Positions 19,717-28,386 of a stretch of 64,000 nt of DNA are shown piece after piece (the first letter of the stretch is position 1; every line of letters starts with the position of its first letter). The stretch is from positions 62,001 through 126,000 of the IMG/VR virus record IMGVR_UViG_3300042308_001616, one strand, 5' to 3'. A program made the translations under genes and the position numbers. The notes under the pieces are model-generated. The model was not told the origin of the DNA. It was given only the letters and a program-made list of their open reading frames with translations, and ran no database searches.

Positions 19717-20151
19717 ATGGCAAACAACCTAACGTTCACAAGTGCTCCCTTCCTTCAAGGATTAACCGCATCATCTGCGAACTCTTCCACAAACACCAGG
19801 TACACTATACTGACGGCAGATGCTACCTACGACCGTAGAATATACGGAATATCAATTGTTAATACATCCGCGGCTTCTGCACAAACAGTAACAATATGGT
19901 TAAACGATGGAACCGTTTCGTATCAAGTATTCGTACTAAACGTGCCACTAAGCTCGGGTAACTCTACCACGGTTGCGGCAGTGGATATAATGGGCTCTGT
20001 CTACGGTGCATCAGTACTTCAAAAACAGAGAGATGCTAACGGAGTACCTTATTTCAACCTACCTAAGACCTGGTCTGTACAATACCAGTATAACACCGCA
20101 CTTTCTACGTCTGCATTGTATCTACTCGTCTTCGGAGAAACTTACGCATAA
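19717..20151 (+). CDS. Fibre-associated small structural protein, paralogue 1
   Basis: DRRIYGISI..LNDGT..SGN..DANGVPYFNLPKTWS domain shared with the next two genes. Confidence 0.75.
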   Translation: MANNLTFTSAPFLQGLTASSANSSTNTRYTILTADATYDRRIYGISIVNTSAASAQTVTIWLNDGTVSYQVFVLNVPLSSGNSTTVAAVDIMGSVYGASVLQKQRDANGVPYFNLPKTWSVQYQYNTALSTSALYLLVFGETYA

Positions 20152-20153
20152 AA

Positions 20154-20585
20154 ATGGCAGGAGCACTGACTTTTACATCCGGTGCATTTATGCAATGCAC
20201 GGTTGCCACCTCATCAACAACAGGTGGTACTATATACGACATACTAACCGCAACTTCTTCTGTGGACAGGAGAGTTTATGGTTTGTCAATAGTTAGTGTC
20301 GATAATGGTGCAAACCCCGTGAAAATATATCTAAACAACGGAACAGACAATATACAGGTTTGTAACGTAAATATCGTGGCAAACTCAGGGAACGCAATAG
20401 CAACTGCACTTACTGACGTATTCTCTAATACTATGGGAGAAGCAGTACTGGCTAAAACCAGGGATGCTAACGGGGTAACCTATTTCAACCTACCAAAAAA
20501 CTGGTCGATAAGAATGTCTTTTTTGACTACACACGGACTAAGTACCGAGAAGATATACACATTTGTGTTTGGAGAAAACTACTGA
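20154..20585 (+). CDS. Fibre-associated small structural protein, paralogue 2
   Basis: DRRVYGLSI..LNNGT..NSGN..DANGVTYFNLPKNWS. Confidence 0.75.
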   Translation: MAGALTFTSGAFMQCTVATSSTTGGTIYDILTATSSVDRRVYGLSIVSVDNGANPVKIYLNNGTDNIQVCNVNIVANSGNAIATALTDVFSNTMGEAVLAKTRDANGVTYFNLPKNWSIRMSFLTTHGLSTEKIYTFVFGENY

Positions 20586-20591
20586 TAAGAA

Positions 20592-21452
20592 ATGGCTGAC
20601 CAACTAACACTAACTAACACACCTCACTTATATTGTATATCACTGACATCATCAAGTTCGGCGAATACGGCATACACAATAGTACCCGCCGATTCTACCT
20701 ATGATAGGAGAATATATGGACTAAGTATAACAAATACATCTGCAGTTAACCACCTAGCATGTACACTTTGGTTGAGTAATGGTACAACAGACTTTCAGAT
20801 GGGACTCGTACAGATAAACGCCAACTCAGGAAATAACATCTCAACTGGCGCAACCGACGTTTTCACAAACTCTGTTTTCTCGGGTCTTTTGACGTATGCA
20901 ATGGCAGATAATATGGGTGTTTGGTATTTCAATCTACCAAAAACATGGTCATTGAAGTTCACATACACCAACACACTATCCGTAGGAAACGCAATGACCT
21001 TTACTACATTCGGTGAAAAATATGACGGAGTTACACACCGTTTCACTTCGAAACCATTTCAACAGACTGCAACATTTTCTAATGCTACTGGAACAACCAG
21101 GAAGGATATAGTTAGTAGTGTTGCATACGACAGGAGGATTTACGGAATAGAGGCAACGAGTACCGACACAACTGCAAGAACACTGAGTATAAACTTAAAT
21201 AATGGTACTACAAACTATCTAATTTACACAATATCAGTATTGGCAAACTCTGGTAACTCAACATCGGTTTCTGCACAGGATTTATTCTATGACGCTTTCA
21301 TACAAGGTTTATTTGTAAGAACCGCAGACGCAGAGGGTATATCTTACTACTTCAACCTACCCGCAGGATGGAGCATAAATGGTTCATTCACGGTGGCAGT
21401 AACTGCAGGTTTGCAAATAAACATAAAAACAATCGGCGATACTTATGAGTAG
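20592..21452 (+). CDS. Fibre-associated protein, paralogue 3 (two tandem copies of the domain)
   Basis: DRRIYG...YFNLP.xWS occurs twice in 286 aa. Confidence 0.75.
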   Translation: MADQLTLTNTPHLYCISLTSSSSANTAYTIVPADSTYDRRIYGLSITNTSAVNHLACTLWLSNGTTDFQMGLVQINANSGNNISTGATDVFTNSVFSGLLTYAMADNMGVWYFNLPKTWSLKFTYTNTLSVGNAMTFTTFGEKYDGVTHRFTSKPFQQTATFSNATGTTRKDIVSSVAYDRRIYGIEATSTDTTARTLSINLNNGTTNYLIYTISVLANSGNSTSVSAQDLFYDAFIQGLFVRTADAEGISYYFNLPAGWSINGSFTVAVTAGLQINIKTIGDTYE

Positions 21453-22344
21453 GAATGGTATAAACGATGGACTTAAACAGGGTTGGTTACAGGGTGTGAA
21501 GTCTGGTTTCGGACATTCGAGAATGGAGAATGGTCTAAAGAAAGGTTTAGTAAGTGAATCAGGAATACACACCAAAGTTCAGGATCCGACACTTCTACAA
21601 GGAAACAAACAACCGTCATCATTCTTTATTGCAGATTTTAACACTACAAAAACTGCAGGTACAACGGTTGCAGGACTTACTCAATTGTCACCGGGTAAAA
21701 CTACTTATGTTATTGGTTCTTCACCTGCTTATCAACCTCCTTATTCAGGAAATGGTGGTGTATATAATAATAGAGCATACATTGATTTCAACTCCGGTGC
21801 CGACTCAGTGTCTACAACTAATACACTAATGGGTTTGGGTAAGAATGAACTCACTGTAATGATGGTATTTCGTATATCTAGTGTTACTGACGGAAGAATA
21901 CTATTTTATAGTGTCGATTCAACAATTTCAAGTACAATTGGTGATATACAGATAACAACACAAGGTGGTAACAGAGTTAGAGTATCTTTTATAGGTAACC
22001 CAACGACAACCAGTGCAGTATATGACACATACAATCCACTCGTTGAAGGTTTACATCATTGGCACATACTAACGGTGAAGTTTAGACTTTACCAACCGAA
22101 TGGTCAGGGTTCAGAAGTTGAGATGTATCTTAATGGAAATCTAAATATGAGACCAGTAACTACTACGTTCGGTGCATCAACGGGAAACTTCGTAGGTAAC
22201 ACATTTTATTTCGGTAATAACTCATCAGCAACTTCTGGTGGATCTCAAATTGCCAGTGCGATAACTTTTGATTATTGGTTAAACTCATCCGAGCAAATAA
22301 GAATGGAAAATTTTTACAAATGGTATTATGGTAGGAGATTTTAG
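21445..22344 (+). CDS. Concanavalin A / LamG-like lectin-domain protein (candidate receptor binding)
   Basis: IDFNSG..., TVMMVFR, WHILTV, MYLNG, FYFG, C-terminal IRMENFYKWYYG pattern. Confidence 0.6.
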   Translation: MSRNGINDGLKQGWLQGVKSGFGHSRMENGLKKGLVSESGIHTKVQDPTLLQGNKQPSSFFIADFNTTKTAGTTVAGLTQLSPGKTTYVIGSSPAYQPPYSGNGGVYNNRAYIDFNSGADSVSTTNTLMGLGKNELTVMMVFRISSVTDGRILFYSVDSTISSTIGDIQITTQGGNRVRVSFIGNPTTTSAVYDTYNPLVEGLHHWHILTVKFRLYQPNGQGSEVEMYLNGNLNMRPVTTTFGASTGNFVGNTFYFGNNSSATSGGSQIASAITFDYWLNSSEQIRMENFYKWYYGRRF

Positions 22345-22534
22345 AAACAAACCAGATTTCAACCCTGAGACTCATATTTTGACACTAAAACCAGAATATG
22401 TTGGTGTTGGTGATATAATCAGAGTATCTGGTCAGATTCAGGTTATGTTCAACTCGGAAACTGTGACATCTGAGTATTATCCATATTATTTCTACAACGG
22501 ATTAGACGATATTTTTGATGTCATATCCATATAA
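22328..22534 (+). CDS. Small hypothetical protein
   Basis: 68-aa ORF overlapping the stop of the upstream gene. Confidence 0.5.
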   Translation: MVGDFRNKPDFNPETHILTLKPEYVGVGDIIRVSGQIQVMFNSETVTSEYYPYYFYNGLDDIFDVISI

Positions 22535-22561
22535 CGGTTTCCGGTTTTTATATATAGTCCT

Positions 22562-23350
22562 ATGAGACTTAAGAAATACCTAGAGTTTGTACAGGACGAT
22601 TTTGAGCCAATAAAATCTTTCCATCTGAAAGATGAGCTTTGCCCAGATATATGGGAAGGTGAAGAATTGGACGATCATGTAAGGAAGACACTAATGAGAA
22701 TAGGACAGGACTTCTATAAAGAAACCGAGATAAAAGCCGGTCTTGTTGATGTCGTACTTTGTGGTTCGTTATGTAACTACAACTGGTCGGAAAAATATTC
22801 AGACTACGACCTACACATAATAGTTCATCTAAATGAAGTAGATGAAAATCCAGAAATTGCAGAAAAAATTTGCGACCTGAGTAAGAAAATTTGGAACCTA
22901 AAACATGACATAAAGGTTGCAGGATACGAGGTCGAAGTTGCTATACAGGACGAGGAAGATTTGAAGTCTAGTATACTTGCAGGAAGAATGGGTGGAGTTT
23001 TTTCACTAACACAGGGACAATGGATTAAAAAACCGGAAAGAAAAGAGTTCGTTCCTGATGAAAAACTAATCAGATCCAAAGCTGAAACTGTGATGGCTAT
23101 GATAGATGAGTTAGAGGATAGTATTGATAGTGAACCATATGATATATTCATAACTAGGCTCGATAAGGCATGGAAAAAGATTAAAGAATTAAGACAATCT
23201 GGATTAGATAGTGAAGGTGGTGAGTTTTCTATAGGAAACCTAGTATTCAAACTTCTTAGAAGAAATGGATATAGCGGTAAAGTGATGAGACTCAGAAGAG
23301 AGGCGTATGACAGACAGTTTGAGAAAAAAACATACCGATATGAAAATTAG
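22562..23350 (+). CDS. Pol-beta-family nucleotidyltransferase with CTS-like N-terminus
   Basis: GSLCNYNWSEKYSDYDLHI (GS...DxD) and a third acidic residue region VEVAIQD; begins MRLKKYLEF. Confidence 0.75.
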   Translation: MRLKKYLEFVQDDFEPIKSFHLKDELCPDIWEGEELDDHVRKTLMRIGQDFYKETEIKAGLVDVVLCGSLCNYNWSEKYSDYDLHIIVHLNEVDENPEIAEKICDLSKKIWNLKHDIKVAGYEVEVAIQDEEDLKSSILAGRMGGVFSLTQGQWIKKPERKEFVPDEKLIRSKAETVMAMIDELEDSIDSEPYDIFITRLDKAWKKIKELRQSGLDSEGGEFSIGNLVFKLLRRNGYSGKVMRLRREAYDRQFEKKTYRYEN

Positions 23351-24041
23351 TATTTCTGAGATAGAGGAGGTATTCAAAGATGTCTTCCAGGAAGAGGAAG
23401 GATTGGTTAAATCGATAGAAACTATATACGAGAAACCACAAAAGGAAAATGCAGAATTCCTGAAACTCGTAATATCAATACATGGACTATCAACGACAGA
23501 CACCAATATCATACACACTAAATTTCTCTTCAAAACTGACTTAGAAAAAAGAGATATTGTAGAGAAAGAGTTTATCTACCTTTACGACATAAACTGTGTA
23601 TATCACAAAGTGCAGTTTGATAATACTATCGACCTAAAAGAGAAGATAGAAGGAATTATAGAATCCAATAACTTCGGTGAGGACATAATAATACTCTCCG
23701 ACTTCATTGAGGCACCTGCGATGTTTTTGAACTACTATATGAAAAGAGCGAAAATAGAAGACTATTCAATATTTGATGTAGAGTATGAGCCTAAGTTCAA
23801 AACAACTCCATGTGATAAGACTACATTCGACTTCAAAATAAACATAAACAATAACTACAACATAGATATGTCTATCTACAAAGTAGACAGAGAAAATGAT
23901 GAAGATGTAGACCACTACAAATTCCAGTTCAGATTTATGGATGATATCGAGACTTACGAAACTGAAGACCTCAAAAATATACACTATTTCATAGGATCCA
24001 AAATTGCCAAAACATTAGATAAAAAACTTAAGAACAAATGA
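23340..24041 (+). CDS. Hypothetical protein
   Basis: Start moved to ATG 23340 (MKISISEIEEVF), overlapping the upstream stop. Confidence 0.7.
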   Translation: MKISISEIEEVFKDVFQEEEGLVKSIETIYEKPQKENAEFLKLVISIHGLSTTDTNIIHTKFLFKTDLEKRDIVEKEFIYLYDINCVYHKVQFDNTIDLKEKIEGIIESNNFGEDIIILSDFIEAPAMFLNYYMKRAKIEDYSIFDVEYEPKFKTTPCDKTTFDFKININNNYNIDMSIYKVDRENDEDVDHYKFQFRFMDDIETYETEDLKNIHYFIGSKIAKTLDKKLKNK

Positions 24042-24520
24042 GAATAATTAAATTGTTCGAAGAGTTTACCTATAATGATGTTGGTGCTGCGATAGTTTAC
24101 CACGGTACACCAGACGAACACGATTTTAACAAAAGAGGATATTTAGCAAACGGAACTTTCTTCTCTACAAGTTCTAACGAAGCTAGTTCGTATGGAAAAC
24201 ATATCTATAAGATTGAACTCAAAAAAGATTTGAATATACTCGATACAAACAAAATTGAAGATTGTCAGAAGATAATTGACGAATTTGGACCATTAGAAGA
24301 TCCTTATTACAATACAGACGAACCCGAATACTTAGTTAACACGGCAGAGGAACTTTGGCACCATAGTGATAGTTGGTCACCAATTGAAGCAGATGAACAA
24401 CTTATGTCTTGGCTAAATGGAAATTATGATGGTGTTTGGGTCTACGAAGGTGGTACCAGAAATTTACTAATATTCAAACCAGTAGAAGAAAAGATTGATA
24501 AAACCTTTAAAGTGAAATAA
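24038..24520 (+). CDS. ADP-ribosyltransferase-fold-like protein with CTS-like N-terminus
   Basis: IVYHGT...GTFFSTSSNEASSYG...YDGV pattern; begins MRIIKLFEEF. Confidence 0.5.
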   Translation: MRIIKLFEEFTYNDVGAAIVYHGTPDEHDFNKRGYLANGTFFSTSSNEASSYGKHIYKIELKKDLNILDTNKIEDCQKIIDEFGPLEDPYYNTDEPEYLVNTAEELWHHSDSWSPIEADEQLMSWLNGNYDGVWVYEGGTRNLLIFKPVEEKIDKTFKVK

Positions 24521-24533
24521 TAATATATACGAG

Positions 24534-25232
24534 ATGAAACTTCATAAATTCTACGAATTCATAAAAGAGGCTGCAGAGTGGGACCAATCCGCAATAGACG
24601 AGATGCTTCTACCAATCAAGGACCTCGGCTTTGAAGTACAGATATCAGAACCAAATCCAGTAACGGATCAGTCGTCACATCTCTACAAAAAGATGGTTCG
24701 CGAAATAACAATATGGATCAAAAACCAGTACGAGGATAAACTAAATTCCGACGTAAATACTTTCATATTCAAAGACAATGGACAATGGGATAGAATCTAC
24801 ACAAACGACACCAAAGTGTTTGATTTGATGATTGAGTTTGGAAACCTCGGCCACAGATTGAGTGAGGACGGTACAGCGATGAATATAGTATGGCATGACT
24901 CCGCAATGAAACTAAAACTATTACACGTGGTAGACGACACAACGTCCACAGACAAAGAGATTGAACTGAAAAACGTATTCGTCGAACTAAGGAACAAATT
25001 CATAAGAACCAACACGGACTTTGTAAGAGGTATGCTATGGGAACCTCGTGCAGTAGAGGATGTTACAGATAGTTTCTCTATAAGATGTAGTGGTACTTTA
25101 GGTGCTTTCACAAATAGAAAATGGTCTGCTTTCGTAAAAGGTATCGACCTATCGAACTTCAAAGTAACGTTCGAGAAGGACGAGGAGGACGAAGATGTGG
25201 TGACCGTGCATATATCATTACAGAAAGACTAA
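24534..25232 (+). CDS. Hypothetical protein with CTS-like N-terminus
   Basis: Begins MKLHKFYEFIKE; TAATATATA upstream. Confidence 0.7.
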   Translation: MKLHKFYEFIKEAAEWDQSAIDEMLLPIKDLGFEVQISEPNPVTDQSSHLYKKMVREITIWIKNQYEDKLNSDVNTFIFKDNGQWDRIYTNDTKVFDLMIEFGNLGHRLSEDGTAMNIVWHDSAMKLKLLHVVDDTTSTDKEIELKNVFVELRNKFIRTNTDFVRGMLWEPRAVEDVTDSFSIRCSGTLGAFTNRKWSAFVKGIDLSNFKVTFEKDEEDEDVVTVHISLQKD

Positions 25233-25248
25233 TAAAATAAAAACAGAT

Positions 25249-25734
25249 ATGAACAGGGATAACCAACCAGTATTCAACGTTAACAGAAAAGTCGCTAACT
25301 ACAAAGATTTCAGTGCCGATGTTGAGAAAGAGAAACTCGGAAAGGTGAGAAGAAGTTTCCAGCCTAACTCTGACAGACAGAATTTTCCATCCAACGATAG
25401 AAATGAATTCGATCCAATCACAAGAAAGATTACACAAGTTACACTACCAGAAGTAGAAGATAAACTCGACACAATCGAACAAGATGAAAAGAACGAAAAT
25501 AAATTATTTGAAGATAATTTAATTATACCTGTACCATTGAGATTAGCGTATCAAAAATGGATTAAGTCGGAACAACCAGATTATTTTGGTGGAGATAGAG
25601 ATCAAATGAAATCTTTTATGAAAGAACTTAATGGATATCGTTCAGCCGAGACAAGAAGTAAATTTATTAAAGCATTAGATTCACAATATGGTAAAATACC
25701 TCTAAGATTTAGATCACATTTTAAACTGGACTAA
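25249..25734 (+). CDS. Hypothetical protein
   Basis: 161-aa ORF in the same run. Confidence 0.7.
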   Translation: MNRDNQPVFNVNRKVANYKDFSADVEKEKLGKVRRSFQPNSDRQNFPSNDRNEFDPITRKITQVTLPEVEDKLDTIEQDEKNENKLFEDNLIIPVPLRLAYQKWIKSEQPDYFGGDRDQMKSFMKELNGYRSAETRSKFIKALDSQYGKIPLRFRSHFKLD

Positions 25735-25759
25735 AATATCAAAAAAAGAGAGTATAAAC

Positions 25760-25788
25760 AAAAAAGACCGCGTTCATAGCGGTCTTTC
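25760..25788. terminator. Intrinsic terminator
   Basis: AAAGACCGC-gttcata-GCGGTCTTT between convergent genes. Confidence 0.75.
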
Positions 25789-26073
25789 TTACAAAATTTT
25801 GTCGATACCCATGTTCCGACGGACTCGTTTGGTTATGTCGCCTATGAACTCCCACGAAACGTGATCAGGAAGTCTACTAGAACTTTCGTACCAATCGTCG
25901 AATATATCCAGGCACTCTTCAACCATCTTTGTATAAGGAACTCCTATGTCCTCATAGTTACACGTGAGAACCTTCTCATCGCTTCTCGTATCGTGGATTC
26001 CAAACCAGTCCATCCACTGAATCTGTACCTCGAAACCTATTTTGTGTAACTCATTAAACCGTTCCTCGAACAT
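25789..26073 (-). CDS. Hypothetical protein
   Basis: 94-aa ORF directly after the methylase. Confidence 0.65.
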   Translation of the reverse strand: MFEERFNELHKIGFEVQIQWMDWFGIHDTRSDEKVLTCNYEDIGVPYTKMVEECLDIFDDWYESSSRLPDHVSWEFIGDITKRVRRNMGIDKIL

Positions 26074-26075
26074 AA

Positions 26076-27008
26076 CTAAACTCTTTTTCCAGTTTCTGGA
26101 TCGTAGTTCATAATAAGAAGTTCAATACCCTTCTCCTTCTCTACACCCTCTGTCTTAATAACTGCCGATGGTCTGTGAAACTCCTTCGATGTCCAGATGT
26201 ATTTATCTTTCGGTAGAATTTCTTCAAGTAACGGGAAGTAGTAATAAGATAAAGACCATCTCGATTTAGTTGTCTTCAATAGTTCTAATAACCTTCTATG
26301 TGAAGCAACTCCAAACGTGTTCTCGTCATCACATCCGTACCAAAACAAACGTCTACCATCATCATCATTCTTAACGTCATTGAATCGAGCGTAAGGCGGA
26401 TCCAGGTAAATATAAGTGTCTTCTGAATCGTATTTACGAATAACCTCCTCAAAGTCCATATTATGGAAGTCAGTTATATTCTTCAAACGCTCAGTGTATT
26501 TATTCTTCTCTAATTTGTTAATCAAAATACTAAGGTTCAGTTTATCCTTCTTCTTTTTATAACCAGTGAATCCACCACCACGAGGATACACACTAGAAAA
26601 TGATGATGTGATTAAGAACGCATACATAGCCGCTTTATCTAAATCACCAATCTCGAAGTCCATATCGTCTAAGAAGTCGTTTTGAACGTATTCCCTATAA
26701 ATTGCCTTATAGAAGTCCCATTTGTCGTCCACAGACGTCGCAGTGCAGTGTAACTTACCACCCGGTGCCATCAATGCTTTCAATACTGGAAGGAAGTTTT
26801 CTGGATCGGAACAACACTTCATCAGATTGGCCTGATGTCTGTTACGATCATTGAAAACAACAGTGTTGAACTCCATCTTAGAGTCTAAATAAATTGCAAA
26901 AGAACCAGAGAATGGCTCAATATACGTGGTACACTCCTCGAACGGTATGTTCGGAGTTATAAAGGATTGGAAGGCGGCCTTTCCGCCAAAATAAGAGACT
27001 ATCGACAT
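26076..27008 (-). CDS. dam: D12-class N6-adenine DNA methyltransferase (Dam-like)
   Basis: SYFGGK, YIEPFSGS, VFND, YLDPPY motifs; target sequence not determinable. Confidence 0.9.
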   Translation of the reverse strand: MSIVSYFGGKAAFQSFITPNIPFEECTTYIEPFSGSFAIYLDSKMEFNTVVFNDRNRHQANLMKCCSDPENFLPVLKALMAPGGKLHCTATSVDDKWDFYKAIYREYVQNDFLDDMDFEIGDLDKAAMYAFLITSSFSSVYPRGGGFTGYKKKKDKLNLSILINKLEKNKYTERLKNITDFHNMDFEEVIRKYDSEDTYIYLDPPYARFNDVKNDDDGRRLFWYGCDDENTFGVASHRRLLELLKTTKSRWSLSYYYFPLLEEILPKDKYIWTSKEFHRPSAVIKTEGVEKEKGIELLIMNYDPETGKRV

Positions 27009-27103
27009 TTTTGCTTGATTTTATTAGGTTTTTTTTACTTTTTTCTATATCTGATCTTTGTCTTACTTATACTTATTGTGATGTCAAAAGTTTCCGTTTT
27101 CGA

Positions 27104-27589
27104 TTAAATACCTAATATTGCATCAAGACCAACTCTGTGAACACCACGTAGTTCATCTCTTACTTTCATAAGTATTTTACCAAGATGGTTCTGTCCTCTA
27201 CCATTACAGACGCCCCAGAAGGTGTCGTTCCAGGTATTGCCTTCGACCAATTCTTCGTCACCGGTTTCGACCAACATCTCTGCTAAAATTTCAATTTTGA
27301 ATTTCTCTCGTATTGCCCAGTTCATAAAATCGAGTTTCTTCTCGTTCCAGTCTTTTCTTATAGACATCTTCTGACCGATTTTCTTTACCATTCCGGGATA
27401 TGCAATTCGTGCAATCATCTCGCGAAAATCTACGGGTGTATATTGATTTCCGTTAATTAATTGTGGACCATTACATTTCATCGCTACATAATAGTGTTCA
27501 ACGGATGGATAAACTATACCCTGGTGTTCTATCTCACAGGGGTAGAAGTTTGACAGGAAACCGTACCTACCTTCGAATTTTTGTATCAT
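27104..27589 (-). CDS. NADAR (YbiA-like) hydrolase
   Basis: FLSNFYP, SVEHYYVAMK, LVEGNTWNDTFWG, GQNHLGKILMKVRDEL; start moved to MIQKF. Confidence 0.9.
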   Translation of the reverse strand: MIQKFEGRYGFLSNFYPCEIEHQGIVYPSVEHYYVAMKCNGPQLINGNQYTPVDFREMIARIAYPGMVKKIGQKMSIRKDWNEKKLDFMNWAIREKFKIEILAEMLVETGDEELVEGNTWNDTFWGVCNGRGQNHLGKILMKVRDELRGVHRVGLDAILGI

Positions 27590-27594
27590 AATAT

Positions 27595-27882
27595 TTACCA
27601 ATATAACCAAGCAGCGTCTTTATAATTATCGTCAAACTCAGCATTATAACCTTTTAGTATTTTATGAAGTGTTTGTTTTTGTTTTGCACGTCTTACACGG
27701 TTTAACATCTTTCTGAAATATTTAGGTGCAGAGTTGTAGTAGGCGTTCCACTCATAAAAGTTATTATCAAGATATGAAGATACCCAAGCATCTCTGGATT
27801 CAGATACGTCACGACCAAGAAACTCCATACGGAGTGCCCTGAACAACTTCTCTCTTTCCCAGTGTTTGTTACCGTGCTTCAT
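27595..27882 (-). CDS. Hypothetical basic protein
   Basis: 95-aa ORF after a TATCTTCG box. Confidence 0.65.
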   Translation of the reverse strand: MKHGNKHWEREKLFRALRMEFLGRDVSESRDAWVSSYLDNNFYEWNAYYNSAPKYFRKMLNRVRRAKQKQTLHKILKGYNAEFDDNYKDAAWLYW

Positions 27883-27887
27883 AATGG

Positions 27888-27895
27888 CGAAGATA
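27888..27895 (-). promoter_or_regulatory. Bacteroidota-type -7 promoter box (TATCTTCG)
   Basis: Matches TAnnTTTG with one mismatch, a few bases upstream of ATG 27882. Confidence 0.5.
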
Positions 27896-27907
27896 CGAAT
27901 TAAATGT

Positions 27908-27938
27908 GAAAGCCCTCTTATGAGGGCTTTCTTTTTTT
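27908..27938 (-). terminator. Terminator downstream of tmRNA
   Basis: AAAGCCCTC-ttat-GAGGGCTTT immediately past the tmRNA 3' end. Confidence 0.75.
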
Positions 27939-27939
27939 G

Positions 27940-28307
27940 TGGAGATGATCGGGAACTGACCCCGATGTACTAATCAGACACCAATAGGTGCTCTTTCACA
28001 GGCTTAGTGAATTTTTCTAAACTCACAAAATAGTTAGTTGAATTAACCCGTCACTCTAACAATACTGGTTCCGCATTTGGACTGCACGGTACAGTTTGGA
28101 GAATTTTTTTTCGTCGGTATATTTCTACGCCAACTCGAGCTCGTTAGAGCCGATTTTTCTTAGGGCCGCTACTAAATCTTCACGGTTTCCTACTTCATTT
28201 GTTTTGCCATTTACGACAGTTTATCGCCTAATTTATAAATCGGACATTCGACAACCCGATACCTGCACAACTACCTGTAATCCGCTAGGCGAATCCATGA
28301 CATCCCC
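27940..28307 (-). ncRNA. ssrA: tmRNA (transfer-messenger RNA), 368 nt
   Basis: 5' GGGGATG pairs with 3' CATCTCC-A, giving the G3:U alanine determinant; GGATTCG D-loop-like segment; T-stem TCGGG/CCCGA; TAAAT-GGC resume site; tag frame 28208-28128 ending in TAG; CCA not encoded. Confidence 0.9.
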
Positions 28308-28386
28308 TTGTTGTGTTTGTTATATATTATATTCAAAGAACATAAAAAAGTTGATTCGGACAGTACAAACTGCCCGAATCAATTTG

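Noticed and set aside
22562-23350. CCA-adding enzyme that would mature the CCA-less tmRNA
   Set aside because: It has a generic Pol-beta GS..DxD signature but none of the class II CCA motifs (such as RRD and EDxxR) that I could recognise; substrate cannot be assigned.
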